Source of the DNA: an uncultured Gammaproteobacteria bacterium
GTDB taxonomy: Bacteria; Pseudomonadota; Gammaproteobacteria; UBA6002
Direction of reading: 5' to 3'
DNA length: 64,000 nt
Assembly: GCA_963705725.1 (NCBI GenBank)
Contig: CAVPKM010000013.1
Coordinates: 1-64,000 of the forward strand
The notes beneath the pieces were generated by a model. The model had not been told where the DNA came from. It worked only from the letters and a program-made list of their open reading frames with translations, and ran no database searches. Below are positions 58,775-64,000 of the stretch, in pieces. A program made the position numbers and the translations under genes. Position 1 is the stretch's first letter; each line of letters begins with the position of its first letter.

Positions 58775-61186
58775 GTGGGTATGCAAGAAAAAATTGATTA
58801 TTTTTATTTCAAGTTAAATTTTTTAAAGAAAATGGCGAAGTCGCTTAATGTAACATTGGAAATAGGTGCTTTAAAAAATAAAATAAAGCGGCTTAACACC
58901 ACTTTGAAGGAAGAAAATTCAGAAAAAAAATTGGGTCAACAATGTAGGCTCATAGAAAAAGATTTTTATTCAGTCGAAACCATTTTTTGGGATTCTGAAG
59001 AAATTGAAAAGGGTTTGTCAGTTGGAATCAATCAAAAAATTTACCGTCTAATCCGCTCTCATGATTTAAAAGGTGTGACTTTTATGTTCGAGATTGGCCA
59101 ATCGTTATATGAAAACGGAGTGGATATTAACCACTGCCCCGGCAAAGCGGGTACTTTTTTATGGTTTGCAATTAGTGAAGGTCAAACAGATATTGCTGAA
59201 AAACTTCTGAAAGCAGGTGCAGACCCCAATAAGCGTGCAAGGCGTCAAAGTTCACCATTAGAAATAGCGATTCGAAAGCAAAATGTTAAATCTATTCAAT
59301 TGTTAATCGATTTTGGCGCAGATGTTAACAGCCCTAATCCCACTTATCCGCTTGCTACCGCGATCAAATGTCATCATTTTGAAGGGGTAAAATTATTAAT
59401 AAAAAATGGTGCGAAAATTTATCTTGATAAACAAAATCAGCTATATGGAGAAACCTCGCACTATTCTTCACCATTGACTGTTGCATTAAAAGAAAATCAA
59501 TTTGAAATTGCTGTCTTTTTATTAGACATCATACTAGCCTCAGCGCAACTGCTTCAAAAACATCTTTATCTTTTTCTTTTGAACGCCCCTCTTAGTATGC
59601 TGCATGATTTTATTGTGAATGATGCGCTTTCGCCCTTATTAAAATTTACAACTAAGCTGATAACCTGGACGAGAAGGACTGGTAAGGAGAGCAGTATTCA
59701 AAGTGGTGAATTGCTGTTGCGATTATTATTACAAGATTCGGCGCAGATAGAAGAACGACTTATCGTTTTACAACAACTTATTTTGCAGTTGACACGTCTT
59801 GAATATATGCCGGCCTCTCTTGAAGAAGAATCCTGTTATGCAGGATTTTCTCTTATTAAGGCAGCGGCAAATGAAACGGAAGACACACCAAAAAAACATT
59901 TGGCAAATAGACTGGATAAGTCTATGAGATTTGATGAAATGCAAGGTCGTGTCGGCGTAGCAGTTCGCTTGTTTCGTATGGTCATTCATCCTCTTTTCCC
60001 CAATGCTGCCTTCCTTTCAGGGCTTGATCTCATTAAGGAGGTGAAAAAGCAATTACATCAATATAAGTGTCAACATGGAGATTGGCCTTCGCAAGCGTGG
60101 ATTGAAAATTTTTTGGAAAATTGGGAAAGCCATACTCAACCTCAATTGGTGGCTAGCCATGCTTTAATCAAGAAAAAAAATCGAAGTCCAGATGCGAATC
60201 GTTTTTTGGCGATGGCGGGTTCCAAAGCATTTGAAAAATATAATGATAATCTGCTGGCAGGGGGAATAGCGGAGGATGCGGCGTGTTGGTACGGAGATTT
60301 TATTGCCAGTATTTTAATAGATTTTCAAAATTGTCATTTGCTAAAATCTTCATGGAATGAAAAAAAAATAAAATCACTGCTGATGGAAATGGCTGGGAAG
60401 CCTGTCATTTTTAATAAAGAACAAACCACCACTATGGGAATGGATTTTAATCTAAGCAATCATTTTATACCGATTATTCTACATCAAGAAAAAACACATT
60501 GGTTATATACCATCATGTGTCGAGGGTTTATCCAACCTGAAAAAGAAAGGGTTAGCGGTGCGACGGATTTTATTGTTGCCGATGAACAGATCGAAAAAGT
60601 TGTTGCTGCCACTAAGTTCTCAAGACAAAATTTTTCGGCAGAAGAATATGAAAACCCGTATGCCGTAGATCGTAATATTGATTATCAATTATTTATGCAT
60701 TTCCATATGCTAGAAAAAATAATCGGTAAACCAGGTTTTTACTCGGATCGACTGGGTCAAAAACCTTATGTCACAAAGACCTGTTATGCTAGTAATTTCA
60801 AGCCATTTTTAGTCTTTTTTTTAGAGAAAATGGTAAATCACCAAAATATCTATGATTGGGGAATTTTCGTCGAAAAAATGCGAGCTTTGATTGTTGCTGA
60901 AATGGAAAAGCAAAATCTTTTCTTAGAGAACGAGGAAACTTTTCAAGTGCGAACGAAAACAGAAGTGACTTATAAGCTAATGACGTGTCTATTAAGATGG
61001 CAAGAAATTAATCGATTCCAGCCTTCAACGCCAAATGAAATAAAAGGAAAAAATGCAACGATTAAACATGTGGCTGCCATGACGAAAAAAAGAATGAGCC
61101 TGAGATTTGATTTTTGTAATCGTGTTCCAAACGAAACGCCGCTTGAAAATTCTCAGCCTACTGCTTTTTATACTAATTCACATTAG
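58775..61186 (+). CDS. Ankyrin-repeat protein with a possible AnkH-like cysteine-protease-fold domain; candidate effector
   Basis: About four ANK repeats (LLKAGADPN, SPLEIAI..LLIDFGADVN, PLATAI..LLIKNGA, SPLTVAL). Later NHFI...CRG...TCYASN. Confidence 0.75.
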   Translation: MGMQEKIDYFYFKLNFLKKMAKSLNVTLEIGALKNKIKRLNTTLKEENSEKKLGQQCRLIEKDFYSVETIFWDSEEIEKGLSVGINQKIYRLIRSHDLKGVTFMFEIGQSLYENGVDINHCPGKAGTFLWFAISEGQTDIAEKLLKAGADPNKRARRQSSPLEIAIRKQNVKSIQLLIDFGADVNSPNPTYPLATAIKCHHFEGVKLLIKNGAKIYLDKQNQLYGETSHYSSPLTVALKENQFEIAVFLLDIILASAQLLQKHLYLFLLNAPLSMLHDFIVNDALSPLLKFTTKLITWTRRTGKESSIQSGELLLRLLLQDSAQIEERLIVLQQLILQLTRLEYMPASLEEESCYAGFSLIKAAANETEDTPKKHLANRLDKSMRFDEMQGRVGVAVRLFRMVIHPLFPNAAFLSGLDLIKEVKKQLHQYKCQHGDWPSQAWIENFLENWESHTQPQLVASHALIKKKNRSPDANRFLAMAGSKAFEKYNDNLLAGGIAEDAACWYGDFIASILIDFQNCHLLKSSWNEKKIKSLLMEMAGKPVIFNKEQTTTMGMDFNLSNHFIPIILHQEKTHWLYTIMCRGFIQPEKERVSGATDFIVADEQIEKVVAATKFSRQNFSAEEYENPYAVDRNIDYQLFMHFHMLEKIIGKPGFYSDRLGQKPYVTKTCYASNFKPFLVFFLEKMVNHQNIYDWGIFVEKMRALIVAEMEKQNLFLENEETFQVRTKTEVTYKLMTCLLRWQEINRFQPSTPNEIKGKNATIKHVAAMTKKRMSLRFDFCNRVPNETPLENSQPTAFYTNSH

Positions 61187-61193
61187 CCGCTTC

Positions 61194-62015
61194 CTAACGA
61201 ACGTTAACGATAAATGCGTCGATATTTTGTTCCAGTAGTCCTGATCTTGAGGGTTCGAAATACAAGGAGGTCATACCTTGTGAAAAAAAGCAATGATTCG
61301 GAAAAAATGTAGCGATTATTTCGGTTGGCTGATTTAAGTCTCCCGCTAAAATAGTGGGTTCTTTGAAAATGTTTAAAATTTGTTGAATTTCTTTTGCAGT
61401 CTCAGAGGGTAGGATTTTCACCCGGTTAGCGGATTCATAACGAAGGTGGGCATTGATAATGGTCAAGCGCTTTTTGTTTGAGTTTTTGATAAACGAGACC
61501 GCAAACATTCTCCCATTGTGATAAGTAAGTGAAGGAAGAGTTTCGATAAGAGGTTCTGAAAACAGGGTGTGGTTAAAAAGAAAAAGGGTGCCAAAATGGC
61601 TGCCCTTACTTCTTTGATAATAAGTAGGATTAATTATCCAGTTTGAGGGGAATAACGCGCGTAGTGTGGCATAAAAATAGTTTTTAAATTCTTTTAAATA
61701 AGGGGCTTCTTGCAGTGCAATGATACCAAGTTGGGAGTGAATTTTGGCTTGTTTTGCGAGTTGTTCTGCGATGCGAAATAAGCGTGGCTTGTATTCAGTT
61801 TCCGCATCTTCAGCTTTTCGATAGGCATTATTTCCTCCGCGCCCCATGGTCATGATGTTCCAAGTGAGTAAGGAGAAGCTGCGAGTGATGGACATCATCT
61901 GTCCTGCATGATCCGATAATACTTTTTCCCATTCATTTTTAGCAAAAGATTTCAATTCTAAAGGTTTGGGAAGGGGTGGCGTGATGATCTTGGGTGGTTT
62001 GTTTATTGTCTGCAT
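61194..62015 (-). CDS. Endonuclease/exonuclease/phosphatase (EEP) family protein
   Basis: LLTWNI, IALQEA, INAHL, LAGDLN, NIDAF. Pro-rich N-terminus. Start is likely ATG 62015. Confidence 0.8.
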   Translation of the reverse strand: MQTINKPPKIITPPLPKPLELKSFAKNEWEKVLSDHAGQMMSITRSFSLLTWNIMTMGRGGNNAYRKAEDAETEYKPRLFRIAEQLAKQAKIHSQLGIIALQEAPYLKEFKNYFYATLRALFPSNWIINPTYYQRSKGSHFGTLFLFNHTLFSEPLIETLPSLTYHNGRMFAVSFIKNSNKKRLTIINAHLRYESANRVKILPSETAKEIQQILNIFKEPTILAGDLNQPTEIIATFFPNHCFFSQGMTSLYFEPSRSGLLEQNIDAFIVNVR

Positions 62016-62026
62016 GTGCTGCCCTT

Positions 62027-62680
62027 TTATATTCCAAACAGGGTGAGTATCCAATTTCTTAGGTAAAGGGAGGGCACCAGAAGAATGGTGGATAATAGAC
62101 CTGTGACAAGCAGTAGCATTAAAATAAGCAGTCCTGTCACTTCTAGATTCTGCATTTTTTCGGCTAGGGCAGGAGGGAGCAAGCTGTAGAGCACGCGACT
62201 ACCATCTAAAGGTGGAATTGGAATTAAGTTTAATAACATAAAAATAAGATTAATGTTTATGCCCGCGTAGCCCATGTAGATAATGGCCTTTGCCCATAGC
62301 AATTTTTTAGCTAAAAGTATCATTCCAATTTTTGCAGCGAATGCCCAAAACAAAATCATCATGAAATTTGCTAATGGCCCACCTAATGCGACGAGAGCCA
62401 TGTCTCGTCTGGGGTGGGTTAATCTATTCCAGTTTATTGGTACGGGCTTAGCCCAGCCAAATACGAATCCCGTAAAGAGCAGCAGGAGAATAGGTAATAT
62501 AATTGTGCCAAACCAATGAATGTGTTTAATTGGATTAAAACTCACCCTACCTAATGATTTTGCCGTATCATCTCCCAATTTATAGGCTATCCAACCATGT
62601 GCAGCCTCATGCACTGTAATTGCGAATAAAACAGGGAGCGTCCAGACTGCAAATAATTGTGGGAGAGATAAATTTTCCAT
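62027..62680 (-). CDS. Site-2 protease (M50) family protein
   Basis: ITVHEAAHG (HExxH), GWAKPVP, NLIPIPPLDG. Confidence 0.95.
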   Translation of the reverse strand: MENLSLPQLFAVWTLPVLFAITVHEAAHGWIAYKLGDDTAKSLGRVSFNPIKHIHWFGTIILPILLLLFTGFVFGWAKPVPINWNRLTHPRRDMALVALGGPLANFMMILFWAFAAKIGMILLAKKLLWAKAIIYMGYAGININLIFMLLNLIPIPPLDGSRVLYSLLPPALAEKMQNLEVTGLLILMLLLVTGLLSTILLVPSLYLRNWILTLFGI

Positions 62681-62714
62681 CTAAAAATAATAGTACTCAA
62701 TAACAAGAATACAA

Positions 62715-63940
<1,226 letters not shown>

Positions 63941-63948
63941 CTAGGCAG

Positions 63949-64000
63949 CTATTGTACCTGAAAAGCATCTTTAATCCAGCGTATCTGATATTCTTTATCA
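63949..64000 (-). CDS. yraN: Partial 3' end of a YraN-family protein
   Basis: DKEYQIRWIKDAFQVQ*. The W.K.AF terminus and yraN-gmhA-yraP synteny support the call. Confidence 0.7.
   Translation of the reverse strand, partial: DKEYQIRWIKDAFQVQ

Noticed and set aside
417-62519. Numerous 60-160 aa antisense or alternate-frame ORFs inside core genes (e.g. 8486-8959, 44793-45227, 45333-45782, 37085-37414)
   Set aside because: They are fully overlapped by well-supported genes and show no recognisable motifs or RBS.

Overview
This is a gene-dense, AT-rich chromosomal window from a gammaproteobacterium. Gene order, eukaryote-like orphan proteins and PmrA-type boxes point to a Legionellales/Coxiellaceae-like host-associated lineage (inference). 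Bases 1-227 are a foreign GC-rich, actinobacterial-like fragment (molybdopterin oxidoreductase end plus ferredoxin-reductase start) joined at a GATC site, probably a chimera. Bases ~228-7510 hold a co-oriented putative biosynthetic operon that I do not recognise as described: PP-loop ATP-pyrophosphatase, ATP-grasp ligase, class II glutamine amidotransferase, 2OG-Fe(II) oxygenase, a YeaK/ProXp-y tRNA-deacylase fused to a beta-hydroxyacid dehydrogenase, and a multi-TM protein. The rest is mostly core genes: peptide ABC transporter, psd, cca, tatABC, cytochrome-oxidase assembly genes, lolB-ispE-tRNA-Gln-prs-rplY-pth-ychF-tRNA-Met-fmt-gmhB, hemA-prfA-prmC-rdgB, hslVU, argS, hemF, mrcA, pilMNOPQ, aroKB, rplM-rpsI, sspAB, and yraN-gmhA-BON. 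Single orphan candidate Dot/Icm effectors are interspersed: a RhoGEF-like protein, an ankyrin plus AnkH-like protease-fold protein, an EEP hydrolase, and three proteins sharing an LPD7/LvgA-like module. Several genes carry frameshifts, some in homopolymers, so sequencing error is likely. No CRISPR array, integrase or transposase was seen. All family calls come from motif recognition by eye, not from database searches.
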